DNA of 64,000 nucleotides from assembly GCA_904419145.1 (NCBI GenBank), contig CAJFQQ010000007.1, positions 481 to 64,480 on the forward strand, in the 5' to 3' direction. Both the position numbers and the translations under genes were made by a program. The DNA is from an uncultured Oscillospiraceae bacterium. Its GTDB lineage: Bacteria > Bacillota > Clostridia > Oscillospirales > Oscillospiraceae. Shown in pieces: positions 1 through 8,971 of the stretch. The notes beneath the pieces are model-generated. The model searched no databases and was not told the origin of the DNA. It was given only the letters and a program-made list of their open reading frames with translations. Position 1 is the stretch's first letter, and each line of letters opens with the position of its first letter.

Positions 1-386
1 ATGGCCTTTGGCTCACCGCCGGATACCGGGGCGTCCATCATCTGCACGCCGTGCTTGGCACACTCTTCAGCAATGGCCTTGGACTCCAGAGGTGCGATGG
101 AGCTCATGTCAATGATATCCAGCCCATCTTTCGCGCCCTCCAGAACGCCGCCCTCACCCAGAACGGCCTCCCGAACGTTGGGGGAGTTGGGCACCATGGT
201 GATGACCACATCGCTCTTGCTGGCCACATCGGCGTTGCTGGTGCCGCGGTGGGCGCCGCAGGACACCACATCATCCAGTGCACCAGGGGCATAGGGATCA
301 AAGGCCGTGACCTCATACCCGGCCTTCAGAAGATTCTTGCACATGGGACGTCCCATAATGCCCAGTCCTACAAATCCTACCTTCAT
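1..386 (-). CDS. NAD(P)-dependent 3-hydroxyisobutyrate / tartronate-semialdehyde reductase family dehydrogenase (C-terminus off window)
   Basis: Not in the ORF track because it runs off the left edge. My reverse-strand translation from ATG 386-384 reads MKVGFVGLGIMGRPMCKNLLKAGYEVTAFD...SDVVITMVPNSP...MMDAPVSGGEPKA. That gives a GxGxxG Rossmann N-terminus and the DAPVSGG motif of the HIBADH family. There is an ATGA start/stop overlap with the upstream gene and a GGAGGA SD. Confidence 0.75.
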   Translation of the reverse strand, partial: MKVGFVGLGIMGRPMCKNLLKAGYEVTAFDPYAPGALDDVVSCGAHRGTSNADVASKSDVVITMVPNSPNVREAVLGEGGVLEGAKDGLDIIDMSSIAPLESKAIAEECAKHGVQMMDAPVSGGEPKA

Positions 387-1306
387 TTTGTCATCCTCCA
401 CTTTCTGATATTCTGATATTTTGGGGTTGACATATAGGCCAGAAGCTCCGGATAATTGTGGGCACTGCAGCCAAAGTGATCCTCAATCCCCACAAAGGCC
501 ATGGGTTTGGGCTGGCGGGACAGGGCTTCTGCGATGGCGCTGCCGAGGCCGCCCTGGATGTTGTGTTCCTCTGCTGTCACTACAGCCTTGCAGGATGCGG
601 CCAGTTCAATAATGGCATCCCGGTTCAAGGGCTTGATCGTGGGAACGTTGATGACCTTCACAGAGATACGGTCTGCCAGGGCCTCTGCCGCCTCCAGCGC
701 CACGCCCACCATAACACCACAGGCAAACAGCGCGATATCCGTGCCATCCCGCAGGACATAGGGCATCCCAATGGTGAAGGGCCGGTCCTCCGGCGTGACG
801 TTGGGGTAGTCGTTGCGGTTGAGGCGCATATAGCAGGGACCCACATACTCCGCAATGGCTTTGGTGGCCGCCACGGTCTCGTTGGCGTCCGCCGGGCAGA
901 TCACCGTCATATTGGGAACGGCACGGAAAATCGCCATATCCTCCACACACTGGTGGGTGGCGCCATCGCCGAAGTCCGACAGGCCCGAAGAGGAGCCGCA
1001 GATCTTCACGTTGAGCTTTCCGATGGCGATGGTCTGGCGGATCTGGTCAAAGGCCCGTCCGCCGGCAAATACTGCAAAGGAGTTGGTAAAGGGGATCTTG
1101 CCGGTCTGGGCAAGGCCCGCCGCCACAGAGGTCATATTAGCCTCTGCAATCCCCATCTCAAAGTGGCGCTGGGGATAGGCGGCCTCGAAATATTTTCCCA
1201 TAGTGGATCCGCCCAAATCGGCATCCAGGACCACCAAGTCCTCATTTTCTTTTCCGAGCTCTACAAGCGTACGGCCGTAAGCCTCTCTCTGATTTGTATA
1301 AGCCAT
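383..1306 (-). CDS. transketolase, C-terminal (pyrimidine-binding) subunit
   Basis: 307 aa. EMGIAEANMTSVAAGLA and GATHQCVEDMAIFRAVPNM are typical of split transketolase subunit B. It lies directly downstream of the N-terminal subunit. Confidence 0.9.
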   Translation of the reverse strand: MAYTNQREAYGRTLVELGKENEDLVVLDADLGGSTMGKYFEAAYPQRHFEMGIAEANMTSVAAGLAQTGKIPFTNSFAVFAGGRAFDQIRQTIAIGKLNVKICGSSSGLSDFGDGATHQCVEDMAIFRAVPNMTVICPADANETVAATKAIAEYVGPCYMRLNRNDYPNVTPEDRPFTIGMPYVLRDGTDIALFACGVMVGVALEAAEALADRISVKVINVPTIKPLNRDAIIELAASCKAVVTAEEHNIQGGLGSAIAEALSRQPKPMAFVGIEDHFGCSAHNYPELLAYMSTPKYQNIRKWRMTK

Positions 1307-1323
1307 ATCACATCCTCCTTCCC

Positions 1324-2154
1324 TCAGGCCAGCTCCGACAGAGCCTGCTGATAGGTCTCCTCCGTCAAGGTTCCGTTGTGGAACTTCACCTGGTTTTCTG
1401 CAAAGCTGAGACCCTTGCCCTTGACCGTGTGGGCAATAATGACAGTGGGCTGCCCCTTTACGCTGTCCGCGGCATCCAGGGCGTCCACGATCTGGCCCAT
1501 GTCGTGCCCGTCAATCTCTATGACATGCCATCCAAAAGCGGTCCACTTCTCCGGCAGAGGATTGGTGTTGAAGCGATCAACAACCTTGCCGTTGGCCTGC
1601 AGGCCGTTCTGATCCACAATGGCTACCAGATTGTCCACATGGAATGCGGAAGCCGCCATGGCGGCCTCCCAGATCTGGCCTTCTGCAAGCTCGCCGTCGC
1701 CACACAGCACATATACCTTGCGCGGGATCTGGTTCAGGCGCAGGCCAAGGGCCATGCCCAGGCCGATGGACAGCCCCTGCCCCAGAGAGCCGGTGCCGGC
1801 TTCAATGCCGGGGGTCTTGATGACATCGGGGTGCCCCTGGAGATAGGAGCCGATTTCTTTGGTATGCTTCAGATCCTCCACCGGGAAGTAGCCGCACTCC
1901 GCCAGCGCAGCGTACTGCAGGACGCCCACATGGCCCTTGCTCAAAAGAAAGCGGTCCCGATCCGGCATATGGGGATTCTTGGGGTCGTGGTGCATTTTGT
2001 AGAAATATAGTGCAGAGACAATATCGGCGCTGGAGAAAGAACCGCCAATATGCCCGGCTACGCCTACGCCGATGCTGTAAATCACATCCCGGCGCAGCTG
2101 CTTGGCTTTCTGGGAAAGCCCTGTGAGAAGTTCCTGACGGTCTGCCATAATCAT
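1324..2154 (-). CDS. transketolase, N-terminal (TPP-binding) subunit
   Basis: 276 aa. GHIGGSFSSADIV, LSKGH and the GDGELAEGQIWEA TPP-binding motif are present. Confidence 0.9.
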   Translation of the reverse strand: MIMADRQELLTGLSQKAKQLRRDVIYSIGVGVAGHIGGSFSSADIVSALYFYKMHHDPKNPHMPDRDRFLLSKGHVGVLQYAALAECGYFPVEDLKHTKEIGSYLQGHPDVIKTPGIEAGTGSLGQGLSIGLGMALGLRLNQIPRKVYVLCGDGELAEGQIWEAAMAASAFHVDNLVAIVDQNGLQANGKVVDRFNTNPLPEKWTAFGWHVIEIDGHDMGQIVDALDAADSVKGQPTVIIAHTVKGKGLSFAENQVKFHNGTLTEETYQQALSELA

Positions 2155-2163
2155 TCCTCCTGA

Positions 2164-2892
2164 TTATCCATCTGTTTTGTCAGTTGTTGACTGGTCCTCA
2201 TTCTCGGACAAGAAGCGCCAGTTGTTGGAAAGATGCTCTTTCATCAGTGCGGCCGCCCGGTCAGCGTCTCTGCGGGCAATCGCCTCCAGGATTTCCTTGT
2301 GGTATTTCAGGCCCATATAGCCCATCCTGCTGACCACGTCCTGCATGGCGCGCATCAGAATCGTCCCCAGGATCTCATGGATCTTGAAGATGATGCTGTT
2401 GCGGGTCATATGGGCGATCAGTTCATGGAATTCCATGTCTACCTGGGCAAATCCCTTGCAGTCATCTGCATTGGCCATCAGCTCCATACGGGCCACATTT
2501 TCCCGCAGCGCCTCCAGATCTTCCGGCTGCGCCCGCTCCGCTGCCAGCCGACAGGACTGCACCTCGAGGATCTCACGGTACTCCAGGACCTCCTGCATGG
2601 CGTTTTCGTCGCCCCGGAGATAGATGTCCGGCATCAGTGCAGTCATACTGCTGCCGGGGGAGACCGATTTGATAAACGACCCCTCCCCGTGACGGGTTTC
2701 CACCAGATCCAAGGCAGCCAGCTTTTGGATCGCCTGCCGGATAGTGACCCGACTGACGCCAAACAAACTGCACAGCTCGGCTTCCGAAGGCAGACGATCC
2801 TCCGGCTTCCACTGGCCGCTGTAGATCAGCTCCAACATCTGGTCAAAAACTTGTTTGCTTACATTAATTTTACGAATTGGTTCAATGAGCAT
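2164..2892 (-). CDS. GntR family transcriptional regulator (FadR subfamily, FCD domain)
   Basis: 242 aa. It has an N-terminal winged HTH (LPSEAELCSLFGVSRVTIRQAIQKL) and a helical FCD-type C-terminal domain. Confidence 0.9.
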   Translation of the reverse strand: MLIEPIRKINVSKQVFDQMLELIYSGQWKPEDRLPSEAELCSLFGVSRVTIRQAIQKLAALDLVETRHGEGSFIKSVSPGSSMTALMPDIYLRGDENAMQEVLEYREILEVQSCRLAAERAQPEDLEALRENVARMELMANADDCKGFAQVDMEFHELIAHMTRNSIIFKIHEILGTILMRAMQDVVSRMGYMGLKYHKEILEAIARRDADRAAALMKEHLSNNWRFLSENEDQSTTDKTDG

Positions 2893-2951
2893 CGTCAGGC
2901 CCCTTTTGCTTTAGCGTTCCCGTCAGTCATAAAATTCTTGTCGGTTGTCAG

Positions 2952-2962
2952 TTGTAATACAA
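2952..2962. promoter_or_regulatory. putative GntR/FadR-type operator TTGTAATACAA (site 1)
   Basis: Palindromic and fits TnGTnnnACnA. It lies about 60 nt upstream of the GntR gene start. An identical copy is at 3260-3270. Confidence 0.45.
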
Positions 2963-3186
2963 CAATAGTATACCTACAGGATACCTTGTTAAAAGTAAGC
3001 TGTCAACCTCTTTTTTAGCAGTTAAAAAAAATTGGTGGTTCCGGCAAAATTTTAGGATGGAATTGTACAATCCAAACAAGTTTTGACTGGTTTCTGCAGA
3101 AGCTGTTTGTACTAGGCAATGTTTATAAAGTTATTCAGTCAAATTGATGCGATATGTCAAATCTTTATCAAAATGAGAAAAAGTTA

Positions 3187-3220
3187 TTGACAGCTCTGAG
3201 ATTTTGTAGTAAGTATGTGG
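3187..3220 (+). promoter_or_regulatory. possible sigma-70-type promoter for the SDR gene
   Basis: TTGACA at 3187-3192. The -10 candidates about 17 nt downstream are only weak (TAAGTA-like). Confidence 0.25.
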
Positions 3221-3259
3221 ACAGAGCATAACATGTCAGGCGGGTTGTCGGTTTTTATC

Positions 3260-3270
3260 TTGTAATACAA
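3260..3270. promoter_or_regulatory. putative GntR/FadR-type operator TTGTAATACAA (site 2)
   Basis: Exact repeat of site 1, embedded in the larger inverted repeat CTTGTA-N8-TACAAG (3259-3278). It lies between the TTGACA box and the SDR start codon. Confidence 0.45.
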
Positions 3271-3393
3271 CATACAAGTTGCTGCGTGTCCGCAGCACAG
3301 CACAGGCCGCTGCCGGGGCCTTCCTGGCAGCGTGTTTCGGTACACGCGGAAAAGTGTTGCCACAGGTGGATGATTATTTAGGGAGGTCGAAAT

Positions 3394-4224
3394 ATGTCCC
3401 GTATTGGAGAGTATTTGGAGAGCGTATTTTCCCTGGAGGGGAAAATTATTTTGATGACTGGAGCGGCAGGCGGCCTGGGAGCGGCTATGGCGGAGGCGTT
3501 GGCAAAGGCTGGCGGCACGGTTTTGATCGGCGATTTGGCGCAGTCTCCTGCCAAGGATTTGGCTCGTCGGATGACAGAGGACGGCTTGAAGGCCAAGGCC
3601 TATGATTTGGATGTGACAGACACGGTGCAGATCAAGGCGTGTGTTGACGCTGTGATCGAGGAGTTTGGCCGGATTGACGTGCTGATCAATGTTGCGGGCA
3701 TCAACCGCCGGGAGGGGATTCTGGATGTGGCGGAATCTACCTATGACCGGATTATGAATGTCAACTTGAAGGGAGTCTTTTTGATGTCCCAGGAGGTTGG
3801 CAAGCACATGTTCCGCCAGCGCAGCGGCAATATTATCAACATCGGCTCCCACAACGATGAAGACATGCTGGGCGGCTGTTCGGTGTACGGTGCTAGCAAG
3901 AGCGGCGTACGGGCGCTGACTCGGTCGATGGCGGTGGAATGGGCCCAGTATGGGATCCGTGCCAACTGCATCAGTCCTGGACACTTCCTGACTCCCCTGA
4001 GCCAGGTGACTTGGGATCATCCGACGCGTTCTGTCTGGCTGCGGGATCGCATTGCTATGCGCCGCCCTGGGGAACCCAGCGAACTGATTGGAATGGTGCT
4101 GATGCTGGCTTCTGATGCCTCCAGCTACATGACTGGGCAGGCCTATCATGTTGATGGCGGCTGCCTGGTGGGTGGAAGTCCCTGGGACTTTGATACAGCG
4201 TACCATATCGAAGATGACCAGTAA
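3394..4224 (+). CDS. short-chain dehydrogenase/reductase (gluconate-5-dehydrogenase / KduD-like)
   Basis: 276 aa. TGAAGGLG cofactor motif, NVAG and YGASK catalytic motif are present. AGGGAGG SD upstream. Confidence 0.9.
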   Translation: MSRIGEYLESVFSLEGKIILMTGAAGGLGAAMAEALAKAGGTVLIGDLAQSPAKDLARRMTEDGLKAKAYDLDVTDTVQIKACVDAVIEEFGRIDVLINVAGINRREGILDVAESTYDRIMNVNLKGVFLMSQEVGKHMFRQRSGNIINIGSHNDEDMLGGCSVYGASKSGVRALTRSMAVEWAQYGIRANCISPGHFLTPLSQVTWDHPTRSVWLRDRIAMRRPGEPSELIGMVLMLASDASSYMTGQAYHVDGGCLVGGSPWDFDTAYHIEDDQ

Positions 4225-4275
4225 TGGGGATACGGCAAAGGAAAAGCATATCAAAGTTGTCCTATAGATAGAAAT

Positions 4276-4326
4276 CTGCCGCGGACGAAGGGAAATCAGC
4301 TTCCTTTGTCCGCGGCAGTATTTTTA
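4276..4326 (+). terminator. intrinsic terminator after the SDR gene
   Basis: CTGCCGCGGAC...GTCCGCGGCAG hairpin (4276-4318) followed by TATTTTTAT. Confidence 0.7.
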
Positions 4327-4335
4327 TGCTGCCGC

Positions 4336-5541
4336 TTAAAGGGTGCCTGCAGAAGCAGATTTGTGGTCGATTGCCTGTTTCAGCCGTTCCAAAGTGCTTT
4401 CCAAGGCACTGGTGGGGCAGGCGAGGTTGATCCGCTGGAACAGAGCGCTGTCTGCGCCGAACAGAGATCCAGGATCCGTAAACCAGTAAGCCTCATCCCG
4501 CATAAACCGATCCAGCTCCATGCCGGTCATGCCAAGTCCCTTGCAGTCCAGCCACTGCAGATAGGTTGCCTCCAGGGGCACAGGACGGATTTGGGGGATA
4601 TTGTCTCTCAAAAACTGTTCTACAAGATCCCGGTTGGCACGCAACACTTCCAGCAGCTCCTCCAACCAGTCTTCACACGCATCATATGCGATCTCCAACG
4701 CCCGGTATCCCGCAATATTGCAGTGAAAGGTGCCCTCTCTGCGCCGGCCGGCCAGAACCAGTGCCCGGATTTCCGGATTTGGGATGACAAGATAGGAGGT
4801 AATCATACCCGCCAGATTAAAGGTTTTGCTGGGGGCGTTGCAGGTCACTATATTCTGGGCCAAATCCTCCGACAGGGAAGCAAAGGGGATGTGACGGCGT
4901 TTTTTTGTCAGGACCAGGTCTGAGTGGATTTCGTCGGAAATGATCCGCACACCATTTTCCAGGCAGATCTGCCCCACCTTCTCCAGCTCTTCCTGGGTCC
5001 ACAGGCGGCCCACAGGGTTATGCGGGCTGCAGAACAGCAGAAGCTTTGTCCTGGGATCTTGCGCCTTGGACTCCAGATCGGCAAAGTCAATCGTATAGTA
5101 CCCGTCCTGATAGAGAAGTGCACTTTCCACCAGCGTCCGGCCGCTGTTGCGGACTGCCTCGTAGAACGGATAGTAGACTGGCGTCAGGAGAAGAACGCCG
5201 TCTCCGGGCTGAGTTAAAAATTTAGTCAGGTGAAAAAAGGCCGGAACTACACCGGGGTAGTCCACAATCCATTCCGGTTGAATGTCCCACTGGTTGCGGC
5301 GCTTCTGCCAATGCACAATTGCATCGTAAAAGCGCGGTGTCGGATCCGTGTAGCCCAGGACGGAATTTTTGAGATACTCCCCTACGCCCTCCGCAATTTG
5401 AGGCGGATTTTTCAGCTCCATGTCCGCTACAGACAGGGGAAAGACGCCCTCCGGTACATTCGGGTTTTGCTCATACATTGCATTCCACTTGGTGGATCCG
5501 GTTTGCTTTCTGGATACGATGGTAGTAAAATCATAAGCCAT
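4336..5541 (-). CDS. PLP-dependent MalY/PatB-type cystathionine beta-lyase / C-S lyase (aminotransferase class I/II)
   Basis: 401 aa. N-terminal SRKQTGSTKWN, CSPHNPVGR, and NAPSKTFNLAG containing the PLP lysine. Confidence 0.85.
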   Translation of the reverse strand: MAYDFTTIVSRKQTGSTKWNAMYEQNPNVPEGVFPLSVADMELKNPPQIAEGVGEYLKNSVLGYTDPTPRFYDAIVHWQKRRNQWDIQPEWIVDYPGVVPAFFHLTKFLTQPGDGVLLLTPVYYPFYEAVRNSGRTLVESALLYQDGYYTIDFADLESKAQDPRTKLLLFCSPHNPVGRLWTQEELEKVGQICLENGVRIISDEIHSDLVLTKKRRHIPFASLSEDLAQNIVTCNAPSKTFNLAGMITSYLVIPNPEIRALVLAGRRREGTFHCNIAGYRALEIAYDACEDWLEELLEVLRANRDLVEQFLRDNIPQIRPVPLEATYLQWLDCKGLGMTGMELDRFMRDEAYWFTDPGSLFGADSALFQRINLACPTSALESTLERLKQAIDHKSASAGTL

Positions 5542-5838
5542 TGCTTTGCACGCTCCTCTCTATGTCCTTCTATCTTAAAATATTTCCTGCTGCCTGGCAA
5601 GCCCTATAACAGCCCTTCCGCTTTTTCAAAAAAGAGCGGAAAGATTAGACATCTTGGGATGAATTGTTTATAATGGGCTTGAGGAAAAGTTGCGATTGAT
5701 CCATTGTCCCCGGGGGATATACAGATGTCCGGTGTTTTCCTGCAGGGAACCCAATTCGCGGGGCCGCAGCAAAGTTTTGACGGGCGGTATTCTGAGCGCA
5801 GAGCGCTGCAGATGACAAAGGGAAGGGAGATTGATTCC

Positions 5839-6483
5839 ATGCGACATATTGCTTTTGCGGCAGCCGCCGTTGCGCTTGCCGCGCTTCTGCTGGCAGGCTG
5901 CGGGCAGGGCGGAGAGGCTGTGCCGGGGGCGGCCGGTTCAGGTGAGGCGGCCCCAGGGCAAACGACACAGGCGGCCGACCCTCCAGCCGCGGATGACAGC
6001 CCGCTTGATCTGACAGGCCAGGAGGCTGCAGGCCACCAGGCAGACGGGATCAGCCGGGAAAACGCACTGTCGGTTGCTTTGGAAAATGCAGGTGTCCCCG
6101 AGGAGGATGCCTACAATATCAAAAATGAGATGGACGAAGATAACGGAATTCCCATCTACGATATTGAATTTGAAACAGAGTACGGCGACTACGATTTTTC
6201 CATTGCCAGAGAGGATGGCCGGATTGTGGGCGCAGACTACGAGGTTGATGAGGAGTGGCTGAGCGTATTAGGCGGCAGCGCCGTTACACTGGAAGAGGCG
6301 GTGACGGTGGTACAAGGGAAAGTGCCCGGCGTTTCCGCGGAGGAAATCCAGATTTGGGAGGAGCATGGAGACGGCAGGGGCCGCTATGAGGGAGAGCTGT
6401 TTTACGGCGGAATGAAGTATGAATTTGAGATCGACCCGCAGACAGGAATGATCTTTGATTGGAATGCGGACCTGCGTGACTAA
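5839..6483 (+). CDS. PepSY-domain lipoprotein
   Basis: I chose the internal ATG at 5839 (GGAAGGGAGA SD). MRHIAFAAAAVALAALLLAGC gives a signal peptide with a lipobox. Two PepSY-like repeats follow (ISRENALSVALENAGV..., VTLEEAVTVVQGKVPG...). Confidence 0.7.
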   Translation: MRHIAFAAAAVALAALLLAGCGQGGEAVPGAAGSGEAAPGQTTQAADPPAADDSPLDLTGQEAAGHQADGISRENALSVALENAGVPEEDAYNIKNEMDEDNGIPIYDIEFETEYGDYDFSIAREDGRIVGADYEVDEEWLSVLGGSAVTLEEAVTVVQGKVPGVSAEEIQIWEEHGDGRGRYEGELFYGGMKYEFEIDPQTGMIFDWNADLRD

Positions 6484-6775
6484 GGCACCCTGTGATGGCA
6501 GCCCTTGGTCAGGCATGCGGGCCGAGGGAGAATTTAACGGTCCCTTTACCTGATGGCGGTGGTTTTTTGTGGGGATGCAGTCTATACTGAAATCATACCC
6601 AGCAAACCATCAGCTAGATTGGGAGCGGTTGCATGCGGCTGCATTCGGGACGGCCTGTATCTGTTTTTGAATACGATTCAGCGCCGGTTTGCGCCCTCGG
6701 GCGGCAAGCCGGTGCTGTTTTTTTGGATCAGACGTCCGAAAATCCCGAACATCAAACGGAAAGGCAGGAGCAACG

Positions 6776-8143
6776 ATGCAAAAAACCTATGTGTTGGATA
6801 CCAACGTATTGATTCAGGCACCCTACGCCCTGGAGTCTTTTGAAGACAATCATATTGTGCTGCCGCTGGCGGTGTTGGAAGAACTGGACGGCCTGCAGCG
6901 CGCGGAGGGGGAGCAGGGAGGTAATGCCAGGCAGGTGATCCGATTTCTGGAACGGCTGCGCCTGAGGGGGAACCTTGTTGAGGGGGTATCCCTGCCGGGC
7001 GGCGGGACGCTCCGCCTGGAGGTCAATCATGCGGATGTTATTCTGCCGCGGGGAATGGCGCAGGAAAGCCCGAGCAGCCGTGTCCTGAAGGTATGCAAGG
7101 GGCTGATTGAGGAGGGCAGTGCGACAATCCTGGTCAGCCGGGATATTGTGACCCGCATTCGTGCGCAGATGATGGGGGTTCCGGCAGAGGATTTTACCAC
7201 CGATCAGATCCCGGATGATACGGTCCCCTATACCGGGCGAGCAGAGGCATATGTCCCCGATGATCTGTTCTCCGGCTTCAGGAAGAGAGGGATTGCGGCG
7301 GAGGAATTGTATACTGTGGATGGAGCAGGGCAGCGACAGCCGGTTTCCATGACAGAGAATCAGTTTGTCCTTCTGCGCTCGGACACGGCAGAAAAACGGA
7401 CGATGCTGGGCCGCTATCACGGCGGGAAAGTGACCGCCCTCTCTCACAGTGGACGGCGTCCTTTTGGCGCAAAGGCGCGCAATGTCGGACAGCAATTTTT
7501 GCAGGAGGCCCTGTTGCTGCGCGCAGACGAGGCCCCGCTGGTCATTGTAAAGGGGCCGGCCGGCACGGCTAAAACGTTCTACGCGCTGGCGGCTGGGTTG
7601 GAACAGGTGCTGGAGGAGGATCGAGCCTACCGAAAGCTATTGATCTGCCGGCCCAACGCCCAGTTTGATCAGGATATTGGCTTTTTGCCAGGCAGTGAGC
7701 AGGAAAAAATCTCCCCCTTGATGCGTCCCATCGTGGATAATCTGGAAATTCTCATGGACTTGGAGGGAAAGAAAGAGAAACGCAGTGAGGAGGAGCTGAG
7801 GAGTCGGATCGACTATCTGTTTGAAACGGGCGTGATTGCTACCGAGGCGATGAACTTTATGCGGGGCCGTTCCATCACCGATACTTGGCTGATGATTGAC
7901 GAGGCGCAGAATCTGACGCCGCGACAGGTTAAAGGCATTATTACTCGGGTGGGACGGGGTACCAAGGTCGTTTTGCTGGGAGATCCGGCACAGATTGACC
8001 ATCCTCTTTTGGATGAGCGGAGCAATGGGTTGAGCTACGCGTCCCAGCGCATGCGGGGCAGCCCGCTGTGCGTCCAGATTTCTATGCAGGCCGATGAATG
8101 TGAGCGCTCCGCACTGGCACTGGATGCTGCGCTGCGGATGTAA
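6776..8143 (+). CDS. PIN-domain / PhoH-like ATPase (YlaK/PhoH2 type)
   Basis: Start taken at ATG 6776 (AGGAG SD). N-terminal PIN domain (YVLDTNVLIQ...LEELD), Walker A GPAGTAKT and PhoH-like C-terminus. Confidence 0.85.
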   Translation: MQKTYVLDTNVLIQAPYALESFEDNHIVLPLAVLEELDGLQRAEGEQGGNARQVIRFLERLRLRGNLVEGVSLPGGGTLRLEVNHADVILPRGMAQESPSSRVLKVCKGLIEEGSATILVSRDIVTRIRAQMMGVPAEDFTTDQIPDDTVPYTGRAEAYVPDDLFSGFRKRGIAAEELYTVDGAGQRQPVSMTENQFVLLRSDTAEKRTMLGRYHGGKVTALSHSGRRPFGAKARNVGQQFLQEALLLRADEAPLVIVKGPAGTAKTFYALAAGLEQVLEEDRAYRKLLICRPNAQFDQDIGFLPGSEQEKISPLMRPIVDNLEILMDLEGKKEKRSEEELRSRIDYLFETGVIATEAMNFMRGRSITDTWLMIDEAQNLTPRQVKGIITRVGRGTKVVLLGDPAQIDHPLLDERSNGLSYASQRMRGSPLCVQISMQADECERSALALDAALRM

Positions 8144-8225
8144 GATAAGCAGCAGGGGCCTTTGCCGGACGGCGCGCAGGTCAGGGGCCCCACGGGGATG
8201 CACCACGCGCAGGATCCTGTTCCAC

Positions 8226-8264
8226 GAAAAAGCCCCCCTGACGGCCAATCGCCGCCAGGGGGGC
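8226..8264 (-). terminator. intrinsic terminator ending the minus-strand Mo-enzyme operon
   Basis: GCCCCCCTG / CAGGGGGGC stem. On the minus strand it is followed by TTTTTCG, just downstream of the mobA stop. Confidence 0.65.
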
Positions 8265-8304
8265 CTGGACTGCTTGTGTGGAGCGGTTTGGATTATGAAT
8301 TCGG

Positions 8305-8904
8305 TCATTCAGATACTGGAGGAAGGCGGATGGGGCGATTCCCTGCCAAGTGCTGATAATCTTCCGGTGTGTTGACATTTTGGAATGTTTGGCTATTTAA
8401 GGCCGGGACAGATTGCAGCTCCGGGAGCTGTTTCAGAAAATCCATCATCCGATACTTTCCGGCCTGGATCATGCGCCCCAGCACCGGCAGACAGCGCTTG
8501 GGATAGATACCGGGAAAAGGACGCGGTACATTTCCCTGCGTTACCACCGTCACCACCGGATAACGTTCATAGGCGCTGAGCAGTCTGTGGACAGTTGCCT
8601 GGCCGACCAGGGGCATATCGCAGGGCACGACCAGCAGAGCCTCTGAGGGGGTACTGCGGAGCCCACTGTAAAGCCCGCCCATGGGACCGATATCCGGGAT
8701 TTCATCCACAACCAGCTCCAGCCCCAGGTGCGCATAGGGCTCCGGGCGTTCCACCGACAGGCGCACCAAAGGAAGCGGGGACAGCGCACGAAGAATATGC
8801 TGGTAGAAGGGAATGCCGTCCAACAGAAGGAACAGCTTTTTCTCACCGTTCATCCGGCTGTTTTTTCCGCCGCTCAGGATATATCCACTGACCTGTCTTT
8901 CCAT
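8305..8904 (-). CDS. mobA: molybdenum cofactor guanylyltransferase
   Basis: 199 aa. The N-terminus GYILSGGKNSRMNGEKKLFLLLDG is typical of MobA. Confidence 0.85.
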   Translation of the reverse strand: MERQVSGYILSGGKNSRMNGEKKLFLLLDGIPFYQHILRALSPLPLVRLSVERPEPYAHLGLELVVDEIPDIGPMGGLYSGLRSTPSEALLVVPCDMPLVGQATVHRLLSAYERYPVVTVVTQGNVPRPFPGIYPKRCLPVLGRMIQAGKYRMMDFLKQLPELQSVPALNSQTFQNVNTPEDYQHLAGNRPIRLPPVSE

Positions 8905-8971
8905 GGTGGCCCCTCAAGAAATGCGCAGCTGCGGGACTTGGACAGTTGCCGAAGTCCGCAGAGCGGATTGG

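Noticed and set aside
1-416. + strand track ORFs 1-294 and 51-416.
   Set aside because: They are antisense to a reverse-strand reading frame with a clear HIBADH-family sequence (GxGxxG, DAPVSGG), an SD and ATGA coupling. The + strand products are low-complexity with no motifs.
5616-5640. Palindrome TTCCGCTTTTTCAAAAAAGAGCGGAA between the divergent patB-like and PepSY genes, considered as a terminator or an S-box/T-box element.
   Set aside because: Both flanking genes point away from it, so a terminator makes no sense here. It is too short for an S-box or T-box, and no specifier or SAM-box motifs are visible. It may be an operator, but I have no supporting second copy.
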